Assembly (NCBI GenBank): GCA_949358305.1
Contig: OX442314.1
Span: forward strand, 30,132,001 to 30,196,000
DNA: 64,000 bases
From: Strigamia acuminata
Lineage: Eukaryota
Direction: 5' to 3'
Part shown: positions 1 through 12,300 of the stretch, in pieces
Position numbering within the stretch: the first letter of the stretch is position 1
Layout of the letters: each line of letters starts with the position of its first letter
The notes under the pieces: model-generated
The model's database searches: none
The model's input: only the letters and a program-made list of their open reading frames with translations
What the model was told of the DNA's origin: nothing
Program-made: the position numbers and the translations under genes

Positions 1-185
1 CATATTTTATTCCCTTTTAACTGTATATTCCCGTATAATAAATACATTTATTATATTTACCTTTTACATTGTCTTGCCGTGTTACATTATTTGGGTAACC
101 GCTTGAGTAAAGCGGTATTGCGAGATCAGAGAGTGACTCATACCACGTATCAGCGACAGACCGAGTTGAGCGCGACACCCCGACA
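1..185 (+). mobile_element. 3' end of an LTR inserted into the RT region of element G1
   Basis: AATAAA at 37-42, ends ...CCCCGACA at 185; RT-connection sequence (KIKSVKEFPEPTCSKDIQRFHG) starts abruptly afterwards in frame with ORF 317..2821. Confidence 0.6.
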
Positions 186-2821
186 AAATCAAGTCAGTCA
201 AGGAATTCCCCGAACCCACCTGTTCAAAGGATATACAGAGGTTTCATGGTCTGTCCAATTTCTTTAGGAAGTTTATTCCTAATCATGCGGATATCGCTAG
301 ACCACTCACCTCAATCATGCATAAAAATGCTGCTTTTGTGTGGGGCAAGGAACAGAAAGAGGCATTCGCAAAAATCAAAGAGATTTTGTGCGATAAAAAC
401 CAAGTTTTACATATGCCCGATATGTCAAAACCTATGGTAGTAATGACTGACGCGTCCCATACAGGGCTCGGTGCAGTCCTCTGCCAGGATGTCGAAGTGT
501 TTAACGAAAAAACACAGAAAAAGATGATGGTCCCAAAACCCGTTGCTTATGCGAGCCGAGTTTTACGAGGGGCTGAAGAACGTTATTCCACTCCCGAACT
601 GGAATGTTTGGCAGTTGTGTGGGCAGTTGATCGCTTCCGCCCATACTTGGAATACACAACGTTCACGTTGGAATCGGATGCGCAAGCGTTAGGCTGGCTA
701 ATGAGAACGCCCGAACCATCCGGCCGATTTGGACGCTGGGCAGTGAAAATTCAGTGCGGAGCATTCAAGATTGTGTTCAGAAAAGGCGCTTTGAACCAGG
801 TAGCCGACGCTCTTTCAAGAGCGCCGTTATCTGCAATGGATACGCCTATTACCGATTACATTGAGCCGGTAGAAATTAACCAATTCTATCCTCTATGGAC
901 CGGTAATAAGAAGACTCAAGTCATTCCAGTTGAAGGACGACGTCACTTTCTAACAAATGTGAATGTTCGTTTTAACGATTTCTCCGAATTAAATGAAGAA
1001 AATTCAAATAATTCTGGAGAAAAGGGGGAAGTGAATGAGAAAGGCAAAACGAAACATCAAACAACAGTATTTAGTGCATTAACCGATGTACTAAATCAAG
1101 TTCCCCCAACCCGAGCCGAAATAATCGCAGAACAATTATTGGATGATGATTGTAAAAAGATTATGGCCCACTTGAAGTTAAGTGAGGAAGACCAAGAATT
1201 AGAGACAGATCTAGACTGGCTAAATACCATAGCTGGATACTGTTTGGATGAAAGTGGGGAGGACGGCAGTAAAATGCTCATTTTCTTTCGTCCCACCTTT
1301 GAAGAGGAGTTGAACGACTCCGGAAATGGATTTAAGGCCGTGATTCCTAAATCTCTCGTAAGAAGAGCTTTATTTGCCTGTCACGGTCACCCCCTTTGTG
1401 GACACGCAGGTATGAGCAAGACTCTGGAAAGAGCAAAGCTCATTTATTACTGGCCAAAGATGACTAGAGATACGCGCAACTATGTCCGTGGTTGCCCGCA
1501 TTGCCAGCAGTACAAGCCAAGCCAGCACCGAAAACATCGAGCGGCTTACACGCCGCATAATATGACGAATCCATGGGAAACCGTGAGTATCGACTTGATG
1601 GGCCCCAAGCCCGCTGGTCGATCGAAGTTACAATGGATATTAGTGATAATAGACCATTGCACCAAATGGGTTGAAGTATTCGCGTTGACAAAGGCCTCTA
1701 GCGAGAGCATTGTCAACAAGATGAGTGACGTTTTTCATCGTTGGGGTTACCCCAAAAAGATATTGTCGGATAATGGAAGACAATTCGTGTCTACTGTCTA
1801 TAGTGATTTTTGTAAAAAACATCACATAGACATGGCACATGTCAGCCCCTATCATGCCTCGGCTAACCCGACAGAAAGGGCTAACCGTGACTTGAAGATG
1901 ATGCTGGCAATTTATTCTGATGTGCACTCTCACTGGCCACGATTCTTGAACGAATTCGCGTTTGCCACGAGAACGGCCATCTCGGATGCAACCGGATTTA
2001 GCCCAATGATGCTGAACACGGGAAGAACGGTACCACTACCATTCGATCCACGTATGGTGGAACACGGGGTAAAGTTTGATAAAAACAAACCCGAAGAATA
2101 CGTACATGGCATTCTGGATGTGCTTAGAAGAGCACATCAAGAAATGCACCGGAAAATCCAGGAGAATTATGTCCGACATGACAAGATTCACCGCAACAAA
2201 TATCACATTTGTCAGTATGCTGTTGGCGATCTAGTCTGGAAAGCTACACATATATTGTCAAATAAAGAAAAGGGAATCACCGCTGGTTTCGCCGAAAAGC
2301 GAGACGGCCCCTGGGAAATCACAGCAGTATTAAAAGGAGGCTCGTATTCATTACGAAAAGTTGCCGATGGATCAATTGAGAAATCAATTAATATCCAGGA
2401 TTTGTCACCTTATATTCCGTCATTTCCGGTTGAAGCTTGGTCGGAAAACCAAACTGAAGGCAGTGAAGGAATTCATCCAACCCCAAATTGGATGGACGAA
2501 CACTTCCCTGTCTCGCAACAGACAGAAGAAGATGTTGTCCCCATGGAAACGGAGGATACCGTCGAAAACGATATTCTCCAACCCCCGGACGAAGTCGTTG
2601 AAGAAGTTATCGAAAATAACGAACTTGAACATATAAAACGAAGAAAGAAAAAATTATTACGGGCTGAAAGACGTTCTAAAAGAACTCCTAAGCCTAATCG
2701 ACAATTTAGCGATGATTTCGTACAAAAAATGCAGGAATTAAATATTTCTGAAAAGAATATTTATTTCACAAAGCATGCACACCTCTACTTTGAAGAGACG
2801 ACTCATCCATGCTATTTTTAA
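186..2821 (+). CDS. pol: Gypsy Pol, C-terminal part (RT connection, RNase H, integrase)
   Basis: TDAS..GLGAVL, YSTPELECLAVVW, ADALSR (RNase H); H-H-C-C zinc finger, DLMGP, SDNGRQF, ERANR (integrase); GPW motif. Confidence 0.95.
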
Positions 2822-2837
2822 AACAAGATAGTGTAAA

Positions 2838-2920
2838 TGAGTCATCAACCAATCACAGAGCTCGGTCTAAAAAATAGACACCTGCTTTGAGGTTGACCTG
2901 TGAACTCACTCTCGTTAGTT
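2838..2920 (+). promoter_or_regulatory. Putative internal promoter downstream of G1 pol
   Basis: TGAGTCA (2838), CCAATCA (2849), Inr-like TTAGTT (2915-2920), followed by GTGAGT donor at 2997. Confidence 0.5.
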
Positions 2921-3362
2921 CCACTACAGCTGACACATCGCTTAACAATTGGTCATCTCGTGAAGTTTTCTGTCAACGCGAAAAATCGGATAAATTGTGA
3001 GTGAATTAATTTACACAAGTCTCGAAAAAGACAACTTTTATTCGATTTTATTTTAGTTAGGAGGTTTGCCCAAACTTCGTAGCTAAACCACGTGGGTTTA
3101 GGCCCGGAAAACTTCGTCTCGTCGAATTTATTCGACAGTCACCGACACCGGACGTTAATACGCGCTTGTTGGAACGAACAACGAGGTTCCGTAGTAAGTT
3201 AAATTTATTTAACGATAAGTTTAATCTTATTCCTAAAGAATTAAGTCCCTAACCACATTCTGTTAGGAAACTACGTTCGTCATTCAACGGTGCGAGCACA
3301 ACTACGTCAGCGGAAGAGAGTTTCGTGATTTTCAACCGAAGTTACGACCAACAGATTCAACA

Positions 3363-6300
3363 ATGAGTGGTAAAGTGCTATTTTTGTATGGTAAAATATT
3401 CAAATACACCGCCATTAACTCGAGAATTCGTCTAGAAAGATAAAAACTCGCCAAGTCATGTTACGAGGTACAGAAAATCCTCGCTAGAGGGTGTTCGCCA
3501 CCTATTAAACATGTAGTGAAAAATTTGTTGTCCGAATTATCGTCTTTTAATCGGTTAAATTAAATTGTAAAATTTATTAGTCGATTATAAGACAATATTC
3601 GTGATATTACGGACCTTTCCTGAAAAGGGAAATTACGTGGAATGAAAATGTTCGATGTTCAATTTGAATATTTAAACTTCACAGTTTAAAATATACGTTA
3701 ATTGTTCAAAGATTAGCAATATTGATCAGATTATAGACGGAGTAACTCACCTTACTCCTCTATTTTATCTTCCAATCTCTTTAAGGAGAATATTCAGGAA
3801 GGAAGACTTAATATATTTATTCCACAATAAATATATTAGAATATTAGCGGTTTATTTGAATTAATACATTTATTTTACAATAAAGGCGTTAATTACTGGT
3901 GACTTGTTGGTATTTATATATTTATGTCACGATAAATATATTAAATATCGGCGATTCATCTGGATTAAGTTATTTTTCGATAACTTTAATTCATTTGATG
4001 TGATTTCTCGAATTTAGGAAAGGATCGAGGGCCACGCAGGTCACCAAATAAGCGTCGCCACGTCCACTACGATCACTCGTCGACGTCAGGCGATTCAAGT
4101 CCTGACCGCGGTAGGCCGCCCCGAAACGAAGAGACTTCAAGGTCTGATGGCTTTCAAGCTGTATTGGACTGGGCCAAGGCACGAGGAAAGGAGCTACCCG
4201 ACTACCTGAGGAAATTGTTAAGGTCTGCCGAGTCAGCGGGAACCTATTCTTCCGGCAGAGAATGTGCTCAGGCCATAATGGATTGGGCCAAGGCACGAGG
4301 AAAGGAATTGCCCGACTACCTGAAGAAGTTAGTGAAATCAGCGGAAGCTTCGGGAACGTCCTCAAAGGAAAACACGCTTCAAGTCACAATTAGAGACGAG
4401 TCCTGGAATCGGCCTTCCACTTCTGCGTCTCATTCCTCGCACTCCAGAGAGAGAAGCAGCCGCCATGTTCGTAGTGACAATCACCCGTACCGTCCGCATT
4501 TCCATTCTGAGAATGAACCACCACGTCCGTTGACTGAACAGCCACGAGTAGTCTATCATTACTCATCGCAAAAGCCCGCTCGAACCACTACGAGTTCCAA
4601 CTGGACGGAATATCGACCAACCCAGTATCGCAGCCGCCATTCCACTCAGAAAAAGGAAGAAACGAAAGCAGCAGCAAAGCCAGTTCCAGCCAAAGCCGCG
4701 CCGATCCTCCCTAAAGAAAAACTGGACGCAGCCACAGCCGCAATCGTAAAGGAACTGAAGAAGGCCGCACCAATCCAGGGCACCAAAGCAGAGCGCAGAG
4801 AAATCGTGGAAAAGGCCGTTAACGTCATTCTTCCCAAATGTCGCCTTCCTTACGATGAACGTGTGGAGGTTACGTGCCCGTTTTGCAATGGTGGAGGCTG
4901 GGCGATAGGAATCGTGCAAGGATGTCATGCGATGCTGTGCCCAAATTGTTCCGGGTGGAAAATTCGTGAGAAAATCTCGCCGTGGAATGACAATGTCTTG
5001 CCTTACGTGGTGATGGGGACCTCGCAGCCTGGACCCCGTATATGGTCCACCTGCGACCCCTGTCAAGTGATTCACTCCCATTTAGGAGAGGTGATCCTAT
5101 GTGACGGTGACGACCACAACTCCCATTTAACAATGGTACCGGGAAGAGATCGCAATAAATAAACAGTGAATACAATACGAGATAAATACAAGACAGTTTA
5201 TTGTTGGTAAACAATAATATCAAGGCTAAATTATACATAGGACTAATGCCGACATTTGGCAAGTTAAATCAGCTATTAAACTATACAAAGAATTGGCCAA
5301 CTGGCCCTAGAATAATATCACTACGGGTCTGGAATATGGGAGCGGTTTCCCCATCGCTCGACCTGATTATAGATGTCATCTTAAGCCGGATGGCTGTGTC
5401 CTGGAGTCCGATACGGCTTCGCTGGTTTCCTTGGTTCGCTGTGTAAACTATCGCACGTCGATAAATCGAATGATCTGAGCATTGCGGTTGACTTTGTCTG
5501 CACCGCCACAACTTTGGGAGGATATTGGTGTAAGTAAATGTATTCATTTACTTATCAATATTCCACTTATGAATTATATTTAATTCATATCGTTGTGAAT
5601 TCTTATTTAGATATTTCGGGAATAAGTTGTCGTCAACTTATCGGTTATATTGAGTTCAATATGAGATTAAGTCTTCTGACTTGATTTTGGTCCAACTGGT
5701 TGTCGAGTTTAAGTTTTGCTGTTATAAATAAAATGAAGATTAAGCTTCCCGTCGCAACACACAATTGCCATCGATTAGAATATACGCCTTGCCATGCAGA
5801 ACGGTATCAAGCGTCCCCGGCGTCGCAGCACGGTCGTCCATCGAGTGGTTGACGGTACCACGTACACAGGGGTCGATAGCTCGCGGCTCCGCACAGCAGT
5901 TTTATCTCTCGCGGTACTAATAATAGACCGACTGCTTTGGCATCGAATACCATGAGAATCAGCTTGCCAAACACTTGGTGCTACTCGTGGTTACTGTAAA
6001 ACAGACTGCTTTGGCACCATCAGGTGAAGGAACCGATTCTCAACAATACCGATGCTACTCGTGGTAACGGAATACGTTCATACCGAAAAAGACAACTTGG
6101 TCCTGTCCGGAGGATACTGAATTGCACAACGGCGGGTTCTCCTTCGGCGTCGCAACCGTAAACTGTAACATTTATGCAACATAATGATCCCAGCACTTCG
6201 ACTTCAATTGCCGGCGGTGGCATGATTCTGTAGAATCATGCAACGGTTCTTTGCGAATAAATCAACAAAGAACCAAAAGGTTTTTTTACGTGAACAACGA

Positions 6301-9300
6301 ATCATATTTCTTAAGTAACAATACCAAACAGAAAATAATCAAACAGAGCTGCAGAATGGCCGGTTGTTTGGGTTTATATAACCTGACTGGATTAAGGATT
6401 AATCCAGTTATCCAATTGGAACATGGGTTCCACGAATCCCTCCAATCCCGTATCACCGGAAGTGGATACGGAGGAACAATGTGCTAATTCTCACCACAAC
6501 CGGAACTGGATACCCAGGACCGGAAATGGATCCACCAATCAGATCTATTGGTTGATCGATTGATCACCAAATGTCCTGTCCCGCAGAAAATGGAAGTTAC
6601 ATTGTATTTAACATCACAAGACATTAATATATCTTTATATTAATGTTCACAAAGCTTCGTTTCATTCTAGTAAATATAGTTTTATATTTATTTACATGTT
6701 TTATATTCATATCTTGAATTTGCCGCTAAATCGTAATCGCGCCATCTTGTGGCAACATTGCGCATTGACAAATGCGGTTTTAGCAGACGACTCTTCGTGA
6801 TTCGGCCGGAATCCTTTGATATCAAGTAGGAATGAGTGTTTATTCTTAATAAACGAACATCTTTGTATTTGAAACATCATAAATAACTTTATTCCAGACA
6901 TTTATCAGTTTTACACAGAATATCTTCGAGATATCATGATAATGGCGCAACAGCGCTTCTTTCTAAGAAAATAGGCATTTATAGCCATTGTAAACCGTCA
7001 CACATCCCCCTTAATAACACAATTATATAAAATTTTATAGAGTTTTCGTTATTCTCCTAATTAGCATAAATGCTATTTTCGGACTTGATGTATCTTGGAG
7101 ATACCGTGACTTCCAATTTCGAATTTGAGCTTACATAAACTAACTTGAATTATCTAAGTTCTGATTTTCTGCCGAAATAATCTTTTCTAATAGCCTAAAT
7201 TCAAGTCCAGAATTTATTTCCAAGTCTTCTTTTTGAAGAAACTTTCGTCATACATAAAATCATCATTTGTGTTATCACAAAATATTTATTTCATATGCCT
7301 AGTCAGATGTATCGCTATAAATATACAATAAATAGCTTTTAGATGATAAGAGTTGACAATTAAGAAATCATAATTGTCCCCCTTAATTGTCATGACCGGA
7401 GTCACTTGGTATTCTTTGTACAATTGACTAATTTAATTAAACTAGTTGTCTTAATAATGTAGCATTACTTTTCAAAATTTTGTTAATTCTAACTTTTATA
7501 TTTTGTCCCCCTTTTCTTTAGAAGAGAGGTCATGATTTTTAGAAGAGGATTTTCTGTTTACACTATAATCGGGGAATCTTTGTGTATCATATCATGTTAA
7601 TCAACATGATTCTTTGCTAAATATTGAGCTCGCATATTTGCAAATTTCCGAGATCTCTCAGCCTGCTGTACTGATTTCTTTCGACGTTTTTTCTTTGGGC
7701 AGTTACACACAGTGTACTCACTTGGCAGTGTAAATGACCGTGACGACCCAACTTTTTGTTTTAGGTCATCTCTGGAAAACCATACATGAATGGGACCCTC
7801 ATTGGAAAACCATACGTGGAAAGGACCCATATTTGGAATTGTGAAATCCCGCAACAAACGAGGGGATCTATATTTGACTCTAAGTCGTGGAACTGATGAT
7901 TGGAAACCTGGGTTTTCAGTCAGTTTTTGAACATGTTGGTTTGTACTTGAAGTTTCTTCATCACCAGCTGGACTTGGTGACCGAAAACGCTTTTTTGAAG
8001 TTCTTAATTCCTCTCGTTGAGATGAATTATTCTGGATATTGCAGGGTTGCTTTCCAGACGCAAATTGTTGTATCTCCGTCAGATTGACGACTGGGACGGG
8101 TTTTAGTCGTTGGTTACGGTATTGATTTCGAAATACGAATTGTTGCGCTTCGTTTATATTTTTAAATTCAGCTGAATTTAACTGGTATTGTTTACAATAC
8201 TGTTCGAATTGATACCGGATCTCCCGTGGGTTAGTCAAAAAACTTTCTTTTTTAGGTTTAAAATCATTCTCATTATCGTGTTGGTAATACTTTTTCAAGG
8301 GAAAAGTTTGCTTGACCTTTTTTCGATTTGAAATGGGCGTTAGGTAGAATTGTCTTGGCTGGGGACTCTTCTTGGTAGACAAATCATACGTCCGCAAACA
8401 TGAGTTTGTGATCGGCGATCGGGCACGTTGTTGTACGTTATTTGACTGCAAATGTTTGTTTGGAGTCCGAATATCTTTCCTTTGCGTTGATATTGGTGGC
8501 CCAAAACTTTTGTTTACGGTTCCCAATTCTTTTGATAGCGGTAGGTTAATCGACAGATTAAGGCTAGCCACATATCGTTGTGCTTCAGCTGGATTAGCAT
8601 ATCGAACTGAAATTAGCTGATCTCGATTGTAAACGAGTTTTAATTTGTTCTGAACAACCGACTGGTTAGTTAACGAACTCTCTGGACGAGAATTATTAGG
8701 TTTATAATTCTCTTCCCCCTTATCTACCGAATTAGGTGGTTTAAACTTTTCTAACTTAGATCCCCTACTGGATGTTTGAAACATAGTATGAGAATCTTGA
8801 TTCACTAAGTTTCGGCTGTATGTTTGTGGATTCCGTACTGGATCTTGATGTGAAGATTGAGATTGGGTACGATCTCGCCAGTTCCTAGCTTTTACATAGT
8901 CTGAAGCTTCGATTATATTTTTAAACTTGGTTTTATCCAGTCCATGACGATTACAATACAGAGTAAAATGATCGGGAATCTTTTCTGTTTGATCGCCAAG
9001 TGGTACAGAACTTAAATTTAAGTTTGTCTGCTTATTATTTCCTTTTGGATCGATCATATTCAATGGTTTTTGAGCCATAAAAAAATTCAAAATCTGACGA
9101 TTTTAATTCTTTAATTTATAAAGAAGACGAATATAATACACTTTTCAACAAGAAACACTTCTAAACTTTACTTTTGACAAAATAAAATTAAACTTCGCGT
9201 TTGTTTGACACGTGTTAGCTTTTGCAGGTTACACGGCACACAAAATTCGAATCGTGACTGAAATCGGGACGGCGTGGTCAAGATGACTCTGGAACACGTC

Positions 9301-12300
9301 TTCTGGTCTGGTCTGGATGCGAATGATCAGTATCTGATCTGGTCCTCCTTTAATAGCAGGGGGCTGGGGATCCCTAGATCTCCCAACTTCTGATTGGCGG
9401 ATGTTAGTGTCGGCCAATGGTATAAAGGACGTTACATCTATTTAGTAGTTCTCTACTAAGTCCGTTCCCTTCGAGATTCAATTTTACCGATAAAATAAAA
9501 TTCCTTCGGGAAGACATTCGTAAAATATTGTATTTTTCAAATGAAAATAAAATAAACTTACTTCAATCTTCTTGAACTTTGGGATTTTTACCAATCCAAA
9601 TAATTAAATAACTTTTCTTCAAAAAATATTTTTCTTTGATTATTCCGTTTAGTGTGTAATATCATTACAACCACAGTTTTAATAAAGTTTTCTCAAACTC
9701 TCAATTTTTCTTATTCTTATTCAATTATCGTTCAAATAATCATTCCTTTGTAATTGAAATCTATTTTCGATTCCCAACATTGTGTATTCATTTCCAATAG
9801 GAAGAATAATTTGACCAAGTCTTTACTTTTTCGGGTTTAAATTCCATTTTTCGAGTGTGAAAAAATAAATTTTCACCATCCATCTCCCCCTTTTTTAACA
9901 AATTTTTTTAACAAATAAAAATTCGTTAAAATTCTTTAAATTTGTTTTGCGAGAAAAATTATCTAATTCTCTAATCTTCCAAAAGAAAATATTCGAAATT
10001 TTACTTTAAACGATAAAGTTATTGGTACAAATGTGTACTTGTTTTTCGGGAGAAAACTATTCGACAATCCTTTAGACTTTTGGGTAAAAATTATTCATCA
10101 AATCTTTCTTTTTTGATGACAATTGCTTTGATTTTTCGAAAGAAAATATCTAGCTAAATTCCACTTTTCCTGAGCGGACAATTGTTTTCACAATTAGTTA
10201 TTCCTTTGCGATATTTACGAAGGACGTGTCTTTGATTATTCGTTTTAATAATTTTCGTCCCCCTTATCTCTAATAACGAGATGTTTTTGCAGAGATCTTT
10301 TATCTTTTGAATGAAAGAATATTTAAATCTCAATTGTCGTAAATACCTTCATCTGCTGCAGCATTTCCTCAATTTGAACTTTTCAAATGAAAAGACAAAT
10401 CTGGAGAACTTTCACTGTCAAACTTCTATTCCTATCGCGCCAAAATTCGTAATTCACTGGTTTGGAATTCCGTATAACACGTGACACAATAACAGTATCG
10501 ATGTCACAATTAAGCAGTTTACTACTCGGTCCGCGCGAGGACATGTAAATTACTTTTTTCCGATAAAAATAATTTTTCTTTGAAAAATATTTGAAATTGA
10601 TTTTTCACAACTACTTTTGAATGAAATAAAATGAAGTTATTCCAACTTTTCGTTAATTGCTCACACATAACATTCCCTTTACTGTGGGATTTGCATCGAA
10701 ATTCCATTTTTAAAGAACCTTTCTTTTACTTATCGCAAATAAAACATATTCAATCGTTTTTCTGATTAAACTTTAACACGTAAATTACGAACGAAATATA
10801 TGATGACATTCCATTAACCTTTAGGAAAATTGACTAAATTCTTAATTTTTAGAGAAAAATAATGTATCTAGAATCTTTCCTTTTCCGAATAAAATCTATG
10901 TTCAAAATAGAAGATAAATCTTGTGCAATTCTTAGTTTTTTCGAATGGAAAAATACAACTTTTCATCAGCGGTGATTTATTTGATTTTTCCGAAAGAAAA
11001 ATAATTACTTTGAAACTTATTTTCTTCGTTTAAATCAGCTATCTGATTTTAAAGCTTCAATCCAATCAAAAAATATTCGCTCCGTAAATATTTCATGTGG
11101 CAAAGTTCATAGCCACAAATGGATTTGTTATTCCGGTTTTAAGAAATCATGTGGGAAAATGTCCGATTAGATTACTAAAAATATTCGTTGTTTTTCAAAC
11201 AGCTAAATTTCATTTAGAAATTCTCAAAATTTGGGAGACCCAAATATCGTTGGAAACTTAAAACACTGTTAAATTTCCGAAAGGAAAGATTGAATGAAAT
11301 CCTTTTACTTTTCCGAGGGAAAGCGTTTATCGTGATTCGTAACTTTCAATGTAAAAAATACTATTCTATGTGGTCGGCAACTTCATTCGCCGCCATTTTA
11401 TATTTTCTTAATTTCCATTGTCCCGAAGGAAAAAATGTACTTTTTGTGAAAATAGTTAATTCCTTCAAATAAAGGTAATATTCATTTCGATTTGCAAATC
11501 TTTTCTGCGAAATGGAGTGTGTTGTTTTTCTCCAACAACTAAATTATCTTTGGTACCGATGGCAGTGGAAAAATTAGTTCGCGACACTTAAATAAATCTC
11601 TACGAACCTTCTGTAACATTTCTCCGCTGTCTTTTATCTGTTGTCCGCCATAATTTCCAAGCATTCGTTCGCACCTTGCGTTGAAGGTTTGAGTAGCTTC
11701 CCTGCTGCGTTTGATACGGAGATCGACGCGTATTGCTATGGCGCGTGGTCGCTGGCTATCGGTGTCGACGTACAGTTACAAGAAACTTAATTTCTTGTAA
11801 ATATTTCCAAATAGTTGCGGTGTTTTCTTCGTTTTAACTTTTCAGGTGGAAAGATAAATTCGTAAGAAGTCCGCCTTCTAAACTTGTATGTTTTTAGCTT
11901 TTCGAAATAAAACAAACTTCGAAAAAAAATATCTGTATTCTTATTTCACTCGAAACTTTTTTGATTTCTTATTTAAAATACTTCGTATTCCTTAAATTGT
12001 CGAACGAAAATAGTAAAGAGAGTTCACTAAACGTTTCCATTTCGTCAGTTTAACTTTTCACATGAAAATATAAACTGAAAATCTATTTGTCTGTTTTAAC
12101 TAAAATTTTTTAGTTAATATCGGATTCAAGATTCGCTTTTGCAATTCGATCGAATTAATTTGCAACCTATTTCAGTGATCGTGTGATAGGTCTATAACTT
12201 CCGAAATTCCTAGTTAAAGGACTGTTTTGGTGTTTCTCAAGAAAATAAACATGGTTTGAAACTTGTCTGTTTTTTAACTAAATCTTTTAGTTAAATATTT

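Noticed and set aside
5201..6901. Short ORFs repeated at 12704-14404, and those at 33217/44598
   Set aside because: Identical only because they lie inside LTRs; no coding hallmarks.
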